Below are positions 1 to 8,090 of a stretch of DNA of 30,214 bases, piece by piece (the first letter of the stretch is position 1; each line of letters opens with the position of its first letter). A model generated the notes under the pieces. That model saw only the letters and a list, made by a program, of their open reading frames with translations. It had not been told where the DNA came from and did not search any database. Source of the DNA: a virus (taxonomy: Duplodnaviria; Heunggongvirae; Uroviricota; Caudoviricetes). Location: IMG/VR virus record IMGVR_UViG_2541047931_000006; one strand, given 5' to 3'. The position numbers were made by a program, and so were the translations under genes.

Positions 1-1017
1 TCACTCTGATAAAGATCTCTGCTCATGGAAAGAGGGAGGGGTGCCATTAGCACGCCAGTTGTAATCCACAGAATCCCGGGCTTTTTTAAATGCAACGGTT
101 AATGTTGCTGGCTTAACCATCCCGCCGCGCTTAGCTGTCCCTTTCGCGTGATGGTGGTGCAATAGCCACGGACTAAGAACGCAATCGCGGCAGGATGACA
201 CCACATCATCCAGGGTGAGATTTAATTTATCGCAACGCAGAGCCAGAGGGATGGCAATCCGGGTTCCTGTTTTTTGCTGTTCGACATGAAGATAACCATC
301 CCGGATATCCGAAAATTGCATTTTGCAAATATCTGAAAGGCGCTGGCCTGTCATCAGTGCCAGCAGCATACCGCGCTGTAAAAAGTAACCATCCTTTTCC
401 GCTGCGTTATAAATCATCATCCACTCATCAAAAGTCAGTCGCTGTCTTGATATCCGCACCTGCGGTTTTTTTGCCGATTCTGCAGGGTTAAAGCCTGGCG
501 GGACATCGCCCGTTTGCTGAGCTTCCCGGAAAACATCGATCAGTACTTTCCTGAAAATTTGTCCCATTCTGTTATGTCCTCTGGCCTTGTACTCTTCCAG
601 TACTGATACCACATCTTTTACGGTTATGGCATCTAACGGTCTGGTGCCAAAACGTTCATCAAATACCCTGAGAGGAGCTGCTTTCTGTTTCAGCGTGTTG
701 AGTTTGATCTCGCCGTTTTCATATCTTTCCTGTTGAATTTTTCTGTAATTATTCAGAAAAATGGTAACGGTTGATGAACCGCCGGTATCACTAATAATTT
801 TCTCCTGCAGACTGAGCATTTGTTCCATTTGCTGCCGGGCAAGACGGCTGTTCGCTTCTGCTGCAATAGTTTCTGCCAGTTTCTGGTCAATACTGCCGAG
901 ACCGTGATTTTTGCCTGTTATGGGATGCCTGTAACGCCAGTAAACTTTGTTATTTCTTTTGTCAAAATACGGAGATAATCCCGGAACATCGGTTTTATAT
1001 TTTCGCGGGCGCGCCAT
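1..1017 (-). CDS. int: Phage tyrosine integrase (lambda-family site-specific recombinase)
   Basis: 338-aa ORF with the stop at the window edge; its C-terminal part (LSDICKMQFSDI...HVEQQKTGTRIAIP...HHHH) resembles a tyrosine-recombinase catalytic region; sits beside an Xis-like gene at a prophage end. Family assignment is from recalled motifs, not a search. Confidence 0.85.
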   Translation of the reverse strand: MARPRKYKTDVPGLSPYFDKRNNKVYWRYRHPITGKNHGLGSIDQKLAETIAAEANSRLARQQMEQMLSLQEKIISDTGGSSTVTIFLNNYRKIQQERYENGEIKLNTLKQKAAPLRVFDERFGTRPLDAITVKDVVSVLEEYKARGHNRMGQIFRKVLIDVFREAQQTGDVPPGFNPAESAKKPQVRISRQRLTFDEWMMIYNAAEKDGYFLQRGMLLALMTGQRLSDICKMQFSDIRDGYLHVEQQKTGTRIAIPLALRCDKLNLTLDDVVSSCRDCVLSPWLLHHHHAKGTAKRGGMVKPATLTVAFKKARDSVDYNWRANGTPPSFHEQRSLSE

Positions 1018-1243
1018 CTTCCAGTATCCTCTTCAAAGCAGGGTGATCTGTGGCGATCACCTCCGGCTTGTTTACCATTCCGACAAAGCGAGCTTGCGGA
1101 TCCACTCGCCAGCGTCTTCCAACTTTTTTGGGGAGAGGAAATATCATTCCGGCTTTAGCGTATTTACTTAACGTACTCGGAGTAGGGACCGGTTCACTGA
1201 ATTCCTCTTTTGCCCACTCAGTGAGCAGAATAAGTCTTGCCAT
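995..1243 (-). CDS. xis: Excisionase-like DNA-binding protein
   Basis: 82-aa ORF immediately upstream of int, overlapping its start; winged-helix-like motif (LTEWAKEE...IFPLPKKVGRRWRV) similar in layout to lambda Xis. Confidence 0.65.
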   Translation of the reverse strand: MARLILLTEWAKEEFSEPVPTPSTLSKYAKAGMIFPLPKKVGRRWRVDPQARFVGMVNKPEVIATDHPALKRILEDGAPAKI

Positions 1244-1307
1244 GGGCGTCGTTCGCTAATCATGGTCGCCGTCACTATAGCTGGTGGGCAACGACCGGGG
1301 TTGAACA

Positions 1308-3779
1308 TTAAAAATCAGCCTGACTCGGGATCAGTTTTTGCCAGATAACTGAAACGTATTTTGCCTGGTAACGGGCGTCATCAAGTGCATTATGGCGCTC
1401 ACCTTCGAATGGAATAGCCGTTCTGGCATCGAAGTCTATGGCTTTCCCCAGCTCAACGATTGTGCGTACATCGCGATCGTTGTAGTAACGCCACGGGCAG
1501 GGGATCCCCTGCCGTTCGTATGAACGGCGCAAAATCGTGTTGTCGAAGTTGGCTCCATTTCCCCAAACCTGAACAAAAAATTCACCGGAGTTTTCGTCGA
1601 TAAATTCCCGCAATTGTAACAGTGCATCATCTAACGGGATTTCATCGGTCATAATGGCAGATTGCGCTTCGCGTGATTGCTTAAGCCACCATTTAATGGT
1701 GTCCCGATCAATGACTCCGCCAGCAGTTTCCAGATCGATAGTCTTACTAAATTCCGGTCCCATATCTCCGGTTTGCGGATCGAAAAATATTGCACCTATT
1801 GAGATGATCGGGGCATCAGGATTTTTTCCCATGGTTTCAAGGTCGATCATTAGATGGTCACACGTCCTGCTGGTGGATGTGATTTCGTGATGACCGTTCA
1901 CCTTAATTGAGCGATCTGCCGTCTCGCCAGTTTCATTATCGCTATCGTGATGCTGATTGCCGCCAGTGTTCTCCTTGTGTGGATGTTCAGCGCCTTCCAT
2001 TTCCTCCGGATCATCTTCCTGAACTTCAACCTGATACTCTTCATCGAATGTTTCCTGGTATGTTGCGTCGCCCATCACCGCGCCACAATCAGGGCAGTTG
2101 CCGCCGCCGGTCTGACCGCAGGCGGTGCAGACTTTTTCCACTTCCTGTTGCGCCACTGGTTCAGGCTGTTTCGTTTCTGGCTCGTTTTGTAACGCATTTG
2201 GGCTGTTTTGTTCCGCTTTTTGGTAGTTCCGTTCCGATTCATGCTGGTTCTGGTTCACAGAATCGCGGGTCTGGATCCCCTTAACCCATTTCGGATCATT
2301 CGGGTCACTAATCCCTTCAACAAATTCACCACGTGATGCAGCAAGCAACTTATCGGCGTCAGGCTGGCTGATATTGGCTGCCTGCATAATTTTGTTTACT
2401 TCGTCAGCGGTAACTTTTATCGGCTCTGGTTGTTCTGAATCTTCAGCGGTATCTACATTTTGCGGTAAGCCCGTGTATGTGCCATTTTTTCGGGCAAAAT
2501 ATTCTTCTTTTGTGATTTCAGTGGCGCCAGCAGCCAGTGCCTTATCCAGACCAGAAAGTTTGTTTGCGCGACCGCATTTTTCTCCGTCCTTATCTGCGAA
2601 GAGGAAATAGAACGGCCCCTCACGCTCTACAGATGGTTCAGCTTCCGGCGCGGTTTCATTTTTTGGGATATCAGATACCTCAGTTTCCACTGCATCAGTT
2701 TGTGTTTCTGATGACTGGAGAACATCAACAGTGCCCAGGTCTGTTTCTTCATTCTCAAACACGCCCTTTGTCGTCAGGTATTCGCAGATATATTTGTTCA
2801 GTGCTATGGGATCTTTGTGAATGTCGATCGGACGCTCACGGACAAGGCCAAAAATAGTTTGGCGGTCGTAGCGAAGGGCATCAGGCTGTTTGCGCATTGA
2901 TGCCGAGATACGCTTCCAGTCTTCGCGGTCGTTGTCGATAACTTCATTTTTTGCCCAGCGATGGATGCTGCCGTCAATGTTTCCGGCATCCACATCACCA
3001 GGCCAGAGAGCGTAGGCCAGTTCGTCATCCAGTGTTTTCCATGTCTGCTTGTATTCGCGATGAATGGCAGCAATGACCGGGCTGATTTTTCCTGTTGAAT
3101 TTTCACTGTGCTGTTGATTGGTTCTGGCGCGGGCGAGATCAATAACAGACGTGTATTTTCCGGTTTCCTTGCGTTCACCTTCGCGACGTTTTTTCCAGAT
3201 GCGCATCTCTGCCTGAATTTCGGGCCATTTGGCACCAGGCTTACATTTATGCTTAACCCACCCGATGGCATGCAGCTTAAGCTCCGGATACATGGCGTTA
3301 ACTTCTGGCATTTTCATCAACGCTTCAACGATATGTCCGTCGAATGTTGCCATGTCTTCCTGCAACAATTCCTGTGCGCTAATAACCATATCAACGGTGA
3401 TGTTTTCACATGTGTCGAACTTAACCATGACAGCGTTCTGTACTTCAGGGGCCAGCTTGTCAAAAGTGACGTTCATCGGATCTGATTCAGTCTCAACCGG
3501 GACAAAGGAAGCAGACTCCTCATCCCAGCGGTTTTCCTGCATATATTCAGCATCCCAGGAATCGAGGGCAGGGCGGGGTATGCCGGGTTTATCCTCACAG
3601 ACAATAAATTTATAAGCGCAGTCCTGAGCTGCAGGGAATTGCTCCAGAAATTGCCAATGAAATTTTGCGCGTGCGCGACGCTCATCACCAGCTTCAATGG
3701 CAGTGGCCACCGCAACAGCGCTATCTTCTTTTATGGCCTGTTCATCAGGAATAGCAGCGCAAATAAAGACCTTACTCAT
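1308..3779 (-). CDS. Large prophage exonuclease with C-terminal DnaQ-like (DEDDh) 3'-5' exonuclease domain
   Basis: 823-aa ORF; C-terminal motifs IDLETMG (Exo I), VWGNGANFD (Exo II) and HNALDDARY (Exo III) are visible; a Cys cluster CTACGQTGGGNCPDCG sits mid-protein; position matches the early-left recombination gene of lambdoid prophages. Confidence 0.75.
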   Translation of the reverse strand: MSKVFICAAIPDEQAIKEDSAVAVATAIEAGDERRARAKFHWQFLEQFPAAQDCAYKFIVCEDKPGIPRPALDSWDAEYMQENRWDEESASFVPVETESDPMNVTFDKLAPEVQNAVMVKFDTCENITVDMVISAQELLQEDMATFDGHIVEALMKMPEVNAMYPELKLHAIGWVKHKCKPGAKWPEIQAEMRIWKKRREGERKETGKYTSVIDLARARTNQQHSENSTGKISPVIAAIHREYKQTWKTLDDELAYALWPGDVDAGNIDGSIHRWAKNEVIDNDREDWKRISASMRKQPDALRYDRQTIFGLVRERPIDIHKDPIALNKYICEYLTTKGVFENEETDLGTVDVLQSSETQTDAVETEVSDIPKNETAPEAEPSVEREGPFYFLFADKDGEKCGRANKLSGLDKALAAGATEITKEEYFARKNGTYTGLPQNVDTAEDSEQPEPIKVTADEVNKIMQAANISQPDADKLLAASRGEFVEGISDPNDPKWVKGIQTRDSVNQNQHESERNYQKAEQNSPNALQNEPETKQPEPVAQQEVEKVCTACGQTGGGNCPDCGAVMGDATYQETFDEEYQVEVQEDDPEEMEGAEHPHKENTGGNQHHDSDNETGETADRSIKVNGHHEITSTSRTCDHLMIDLETMGKNPDAPIISIGAIFFDPQTGDMGPEFSKTIDLETAGGVIDRDTIKWWLKQSREAQSAIMTDEIPLDDALLQLREFIDENSGEFFVQVWGNGANFDNTILRRSYERQGIPCPWRYYNDRDVRTIVELGKAIDFDARTAIPFEGERHNALDDARYQAKYVSVIWQKLIPSQADF

Positions 3780-3874
3780 TTTGTTTTAACCTCATTACAG
3801 ATTTCAGGGTGAACGAATCCCTGCCATTGCTGGCATTTTTAATCCGTTGGTATGGTGTTAATATGGCTGGAGGG

Positions 3875-4063
3875 TTATCCAGCCGGTGTTTCGTTATTCA
3901 GGTACAGCGATACTTTTTTTAGCGGGAGGCATTCACCAGAAATTTTTTGCTCGTCTCTTGCCTGGAGGCAGGATTCTTTACTTGCATAAATTCCGGTAAT
4001 CACATTCTGTGATTCACCCGTTATAAGAAAAACCGTCATCATCAGTGCAAATGCTGAAGTCAT
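3875..4063 (-). CDS. Hypothetical small protein with hydrophobic N-terminus
   Basis: 62-aa ORF in an AT-rich segment; start overlaps the stop of the upstream ORF (ATGA); no recognisable family. Confidence 0.35.
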   Translation of the reverse strand: MTSAFALMMTVFLITGESQNVITGIYASKESCLQARDEQKISGECLPLKKVSLYLNNETPAG

Positions 4064-4248
4064 TGACGTTCTCCGAAAATACCAAGTTCAAGAAGAGCAA
4101 TTCGGGAAAGTATGGAATTATCATTGAGCAGATAAGGCTCATATTTCCTCATATTAATGGCATCTTCAGTAAACTCCCGGTTACTGAGCAGAACACCAAT
4201 ATCAAAACAACCTTCAGACGTATTAACGTTTGGTAATAACGTTTCCAT
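4060..4248 (-). CDS. Hypothetical small protein
   Basis: 62-aa ORF, translationally coupled to the 3875..4063 ORF; AT-rich; no recognisable family. Confidence 0.35.
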   Translation of the reverse strand: METLLPNVNTSEGCFDIGVLLSNREFTEDAINMRKYEPYLLNDNSILSRIALLELGIFGERQ

Positions 4249-4819
4249 TATCGCGTCCTCAACAATGAATTTTGTGATGCAGTGCCTGGTGCCTCCGGGT
4301 GACGTTAACCAGTTAACAATTAACGCCGGGTTAGTTGATGCTCGTTACGCCCGTAAAATACCGCCTTACTGCTTTAACTGTTCCGCGTGCGCATAGCCGC
4401 ATTCACCGCATCACAAAATTCACTTTAAAAAGGGCGGCAGAGCAGTCACGGAGTAAAACTGATACCGCCAAATGTCACCAGAAAATTGATAACAGAGGGC
4501 GTTGTAGCGGGGTTGTCACTTAAGCGTATGGTCAACCTGACAACCCGGTGCATTTTCTGGAGCAATGGAGGAAACCCCAGCCATACTTACCGCCGCGCCA
4601 TTTCGCGGAGTGCCACAACCGGAAGCGCACGGTCGAACTAAATTTAACGACACCGTACAGAGAGACCAATTTCGCCGTGCGCTTTCGCGTTATGCCCTGA
4701 CTTTTCAGGGACATATCCTTTCAGTAAGCTGTCAGTGCCGGATGCTCACCCGTGTCCGGCGCACGCACTCCACCTGACCCGTGGAGAACTCCTTAATTAC
4801 CAACCCTCAGGAGGGTGAA

Positions 4820-5098
4820 ATGGATAAAAAGCAAATTGAGGCCCTGCAATCTATTATTGAAGAACAAGATGAAGCTATCAGGATTCTTTCATATCGCACT
4901 GATATGATACTAAATATGCTTTCTGCATTAACGGCTGCGCTTGGTGGTACAAAAACAAACGTATACCGCGAAGTTGTTATTCAACAGATAGATAAATTTG
5001 AAAAAACCATACCAGGTATTAATGCTCATCTTGCAGAACAAGAGAAAGACCATGCTCTTATGGCAATTTCTTCAGTAGCTCTCCCGAAAGTTGAGTAG
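4820..5098 (+). CDS. Hypothetical coiled-coil protein (AT-rich accessory gene)
   Basis: ATG at 4820 preceded by GGAGGG at 4810-4815 (the ORF track start at 4781 is GTG); 92 aa; roughly 37% GC by eye against a GC-richer backbone; opposite in direction to the surrounding leftward operon. Confidence 0.5.
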   Translation: MDKKQIEALQSIIEEQDEAIRILSYRTDMILNMLSALTAALGGTKTNVYREVVIQQIDKFEKTIPGINAHLAEQEKDHALMAISSVALPKVE

Positions 5099-5459
5099 TT
5101 TTAATTGTTGTTTTGAAATAATCACTGCTTTCACATTTGAGTGATTTCATGGCAATCCAAATGCGGGCCTCTGTGCCTGCATTTGGTTCCAGTTGCTGTA
5201 GACGTTTTGCGTCTTCCAAAAGTAAGGCGATAATGTGTTTCAGCTTCTCATCATTTGCTTGATTCTTGTTTTCAGGCGAATTCTGTCCGCCGAATAGGCG
5301 CTTCTCTTCATACAGACCTATAAAGGCACGACGCACGTTACCGGATATAGTATCGATGGTTTCCTTTTCTACGGTACTCAGGTCAAGAGTCGCCAGTTGA
5401 GAGCGAACCACATTCGATGCCATTTCCTGGAATGGTACTGGTAAATCTTTAAATTCCAT
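5058..5459 (-). CDS. Hypothetical protein (AT-rich accessory gene)
   Basis: 133 aa from the internal ATG (MEFKDL...) preceded by GAGG; 3' end overlaps the convergent 4820..5098 ORF by about 41 bp; no recognisable family. Confidence 0.5.
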   Translation of the reverse strand: MEFKDLPVPFQEMASNVVRSQLATLDLSTVEKETIDTISGNVRRAFIGLYEEKRLFGGQNSPENKNQANDEKLKHIIALLLEDAKRLQQLEPNAGTEARIWIAMKSLKCESSDYFKTTIKTTQLSGELLKKLP

Positions 5460-5470
5460 CGTCAACCTCA

Positions 5471-5623
5471 TCAGTCAGTGTTTCTGGTTAACCAGCGACG
5501 CGCGCCAGCTTCAGTTTTAAACGTTTTGCTTCTGGTATACGTCATCGCGGTGAACGTACCGTCCTGGTTGGGGAACACGCCACATACCAGAGATTCGCTG
5601 TTGCCAAGATCGATAGTATCCAT
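5471..5623 (-). CDS. Small prophage protein, possibly DUF1391/YdaF-like
   Basis: 50 aa from the internal ATG (MDTIDLGN...) with AAGGGGAAATGAGG upstream; sits just downstream of the repressor gene as ydaF does in Rac; family assignment from memory only. Confidence 0.4.
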   Translation of the reverse strand: MDTIDLGNSESLVCGVFPNQDGTFTAMTYTRSKTFKTEAGARRWLTRNTD

Positions 5624-5810
5624 GCTGACCTCATTTCCCCTTAACGCCGGGGTAGCGGAACAAAAACCTGCTGCATAGTTATTAAAGTTGAACCCTGCCG
5701 TCATGTTCTTACGCCTCGGGCTGGCTACTTAACCCCTGACCACTGCCTGGTAACTCGAAGTATTGCCCTGCATTCTGTGGGGCGGGGTGGGTTGGTATGA
5801 AAAGAAGGAT

Positions 5811-5845
5811 ACCCATAGGTATTTAAAAAGTAAATACCTATGGGT
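5811..5845. promoter_or_regulatory. Perfect 15-bp-arm palindrome, operator-like and/or bidirectional terminator
   Basis: ACCCATAGGTATTTA-aaaag-TAAATACCTATGGGT read directly, followed by AAATTTTT; half-site resembles the ACCTGTGGGTATT repeats in the repressor/cro intergenic region. Confidence 0.5.
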
Positions 5846-5888
5846 AAATTTTTGCGGTGTCTTAACTGGTGACTAGTTGTTTGGTGAG

Positions 5889-6308
5889 CTATGATGCGTT
5901 TTGTGCTTTCTTTTTACGGATTTCTTCGTAGATCATATTGTAATACTGTTTTTTCTCTTCAAGAGTTTTTAATAATTTATCCGCTTCACTTTCTGGCAGT
6001 TCGTCTAAGAGATCTAAAAAAATACGTTGTCGTGGCGTTAGAACCCTTGTTTCATAACTGGAGGCTGTGTTCGTTGATGATGAAACGATACCATCCATCC
6101 ATCCCCGGGGTAACCCAAAGGACTCTTCGATAATCTCCACCATATCATCAGCGATCCGTTTTTTTCCCTTTTTCCCCTCTGGGTACAACATTCTTGATAC
6201 ATAAGAAGGCTCGCGCCCGATCTTTCTGGCCACGTTAACCGCTTTACCATCGCATTTCTCATCACGAATTTTGATGAGTTGCTGTCGTCTAAATTCATAT
6301 TTGTCCAT
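5889..6308 (-). CDS. Prophage repressor with N-terminal HTH (RacR-like)
   Basis: 139-aa ORF with an XRE-type HTH (AVNVARKIGREPSYVSRML); divergent from a YdaS/YdaT-like pair as in Rac; no S24 peptidase domain. Confidence 0.65.
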   Translation of the reverse strand: MDKYEFRRQQLIKIRDEKCDGKAVNVARKIGREPSYVSRMLYPEGKKGKKRIADDMVEIIEESFGLPRGWMDGIVSSSTNTASSYETRVLTPRQRIFLDLLDELPESEADKLLKTLEEKKQYYNMIYEEIRKKKAQNAS

Positions 6309-6328
6309 AGGTAAATAATAGATGCGAT

Positions 6329-6392
6329 TACCGCAAGGTAAACAACCTGTGGGTATTGACTTTTGTTTACCTGTGGGTATTCTTTGCTGTGT
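6329..6392. promoter_or_regulatory. Divergent promoter/operator region of the immunity switch
   Basis: Direct repeats ACCTGTGGGTATT at 6346-6358 and 6370-6382; plus-strand TTGACT (6357-6362), 16-bp spacer, TATTCT; the second repeat overlaps the -10. Confidence 0.5.
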
Positions 6393-6408
6393 TTACTAAG
6401 GAGTAGCT

Positions 6409-6690
6409 ATGGAAGAATTAAGAATATTTCTCAATTCTCTTTCGTCAGATGAACAGCGTATGTTTGCATGCGAGTGTGGTACCAGCATCGGTTATCTAAG
6501 AAAGGCATTGAGTAAAGGTCAAGTGTTAGGGGCATCGTTATGTGTCCTTATTGAGCGAGCCAGTAATGGTGAAGTTACACGTCAGCAACTAAGGCCTTTT
6601 GATTGGATGAATATTTGGCCCGAGCTGGAAGATACCAAAACGTTAACACAACCACTTTCTAGGAGCTTGATTCATGAAAATCAAGCATGA
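6409..6690 (+). CDS. Cro-like HTH regulator, YdaS family
   Basis: 93-aa ORF with RBS GGAG; pattern LIERASNGEVTRQQLRPFDW fits the YdaS-family signature as I recall it; divergent from the repressor. Confidence 0.6.
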   Translation: MEELRIFLNSLSSDEQRMFACECGTSIGYLRKALSKGQVLGASLCVLIERASNGEVTRQQLRPFDWMNIWPELEDTKTLTQPLSRSLIHENQA

Positions 6691-7099
6691 ACACATCCGC
6701 ATGGCGATGAATGCCTGGGCGCGTCCTGATGGCGAAAAAGTTCCAGCAGCTGGAATAACCCAGGCTTATTTTGAGTTGGGTATGACGTTCCCAGAACTGT
6801 ATGACGACAGCCATCCGGAAGCCCTGGCTCGCAATACCCAGAAAATTTTCCGCTGGGTAGAGAAAGACACCCCTGATGCTGTTGAAAAAATGCAGGCTCT
6901 GTTACCGGCGATCGAAAAGGCGATGCCGCCTTTGCTGGTGGCCCGTATGCGCAGCCACAGTTCTGAATATTACCGTGAGATCGTCGAACGGAGGGATCGG
7001 CTGGTGAAGGATGTCGATGATTTTGTTGCGTCAGCGGTTGTTTTGTATGACCAGATGAATCGCGGCGGCCCGGCAGGGAATGCTGTGGTGATGCACTAA
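6674..7099 (+). CDS. YdaT-like protein
   Basis: 141-aa ORF starting MKIKHEHI, overlapping the YdaS-like gene end, in the Rac-like order racR / ydaS / ydaT. Confidence 0.55.
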   Translation: MKIKHEHIRMAMNAWARPDGEKVPAAGITQAYFELGMTFPELYDDSHPEALARNTQKIFRWVEKDTPDAVEKMQALLPAIEKAMPPLLVARMRSHSSEYYREIVERRDRLVKDVDDFVASAVVLYDQMNRGGPAGNAVVMH

Positions 7100-7106
7100 A
7101 AGCACG

Positions 7107-8084
7107 GTGTTCGGGGGTTTTATGAGCAGCAAGCTTCATGGTCTTGTCTGGGAAGGGTGCGCCTTCACCGGCATGATCTTATCCAGGGTGGCGGTTATGG
7201 CCCGTCTTGCAGACTACAGCAATGACGAGGGCGTGTCATGGCCTGCCATTGAAACTATCCGGCGTCAGATCGGTGCAAGAAGTGAATCCACAGTGAAATC
7301 GGCTATTGCAGAACTGGCGAAAGAGGGCTGGCTGACGAAGGAAGAGCGTAAGGTCGGTGGGCGTAATGTAAGCAATATCTATCGGCTTAATGTGGAAAAA
7401 CTCGAAGCAGCTGCGGCGGCGGCGCGTGAGTCATATAAACCGAAAAGAAAAATTAGCCCGGCAAAAAATGACCCGTTAACAGTTGACCCGTCAAATATTG
7501 ACCCCTTAACGGTTGACCCGTCAAATTTTGATGGATCAACTGTTGATAAAAAACTGCCGATTAGGGGGGCGATGATTGACCCCGATCCGTCAGTATTAAA
7601 ACCTGATCCGTCAGATAAAAGATCTTCTTGTCCGGACGCTTCGCAACCGGACCCGCAGACGGCTGAACAGGATTTTTTAACCCGACACCCTGACGCGGTT
7701 GTGTTCAGTGCGAAAAAACGCCAGTGGGGAAGTCAGGAAGATTTGGTGTGCGCACAGTGGATCTGGGGACGAATCGTGAGTCTTTACGAGCAGGCGGCCA
7801 GCTATGATGGCGAGATCACTAGACCGAAAGAACCCAACTGGACAGCATGGGCCAATGACGTTCGCACAATGCGGATGCTGGATGGCAGAACTCACAGACA
7901 AATTTGTGAAATGTTTGGGCGTCTCCAGCGGGATTCGTTCTGGGTAAAAAACATCATGAGTCCGGCAAAACTCCGGGAAAAATGGGATGAACTGGTTATC
8001 CGCCTGGGGCGTTCGCCTGCGCAGCGTTGCGTGAATCACATTTCTGAACCGGACACTGAAATACCGCCGGGATTCAGGGGGTGA
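7107..8084 (+). CDS. Replication initiator (lambda O-like) with winged-helix N-terminus
   Basis: 325-aa ORF (alternative ATG at 7122); N-terminal wHTH (WPAIETIRRQIGARSESTVKSAIAELAKEGWL); the gene contains tandem iterons, as lambda O contains ori. Confidence 0.7.
   Translation: MFGGFMSSKLHGLVWEGCAFTGMILSRVAVMARLADYSNDEGVSWPAIETIRRQIGARSESTVKSAIAELAKEGWLTKEERKVGGRNVSNIYRLNVEKLEAAAAAARESYKPKRKISPAKNDPLTVDPSNIDPLTVDPSNFDGSTVDKKLPIRGAMIDPDPSVLKPDPSDKRSSCPDASQPDPQTAEQDFLTRHPDAVVFSAKKRQWGSQEDLVCAQWIWGRIVSLYEQAASYDGEITRPKEPNWTAWANDVRTMRMLDGRTHRQICEMFGRLQRDSFWVKNIMSPAKLREKWDELVIRLGRSPAQRCVNHISEPDTEIPPGFRG
7479..7630. repeat. Iteron array, putative phage origin of replication inside the initiator gene
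   Basis: Tandem ~15-bp units beginning TTGACCC (TGACCCGTTAAC, GTTGACCCGTCAAAT, TTGACCCCTTAAC, GTTGACCCGTCAAAT, TTGATGGATCAAC) followed by an A-rich stretch and two GATCCGTCAG repeats; encodes the peptide repeat DPLTVDPSNIDPLTVDPSN. Confidence 0.7.
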
Positions 8085-8090
8085 CGTGTC

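Noticed and set aside
1-60. Looked for the prophage attachment site (attL) and an adjacent host tRNA next to the integrase.
   Set aside because: The integrase stop codon is at positions 1-3, so the attachment site lies outside the window and cannot be assessed.
1436-3715. Multiple 60-155-aa track ORFs on both strands inside the exonuclease gene.
   Set aside because: All nested within or antisense to the 823-aa exonuclease ORF, which has clear DEDDh motifs; none has independent support.
4565-4777. 70-aa plus-strand ORF in the GC-rich non-coding island.
   Set aside because: Implausible composition (Arg-rich, no hydrophobic core), no RBS, overlaps predicted hairpins; treated as non-coding and reported as a finding.
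6681-7139. 152-aa minus-strand ORF from the track.
   Set aside because: Antisense to the YdaT-like gene and initiator start; Pro/Ser/His-rich, no RBS.
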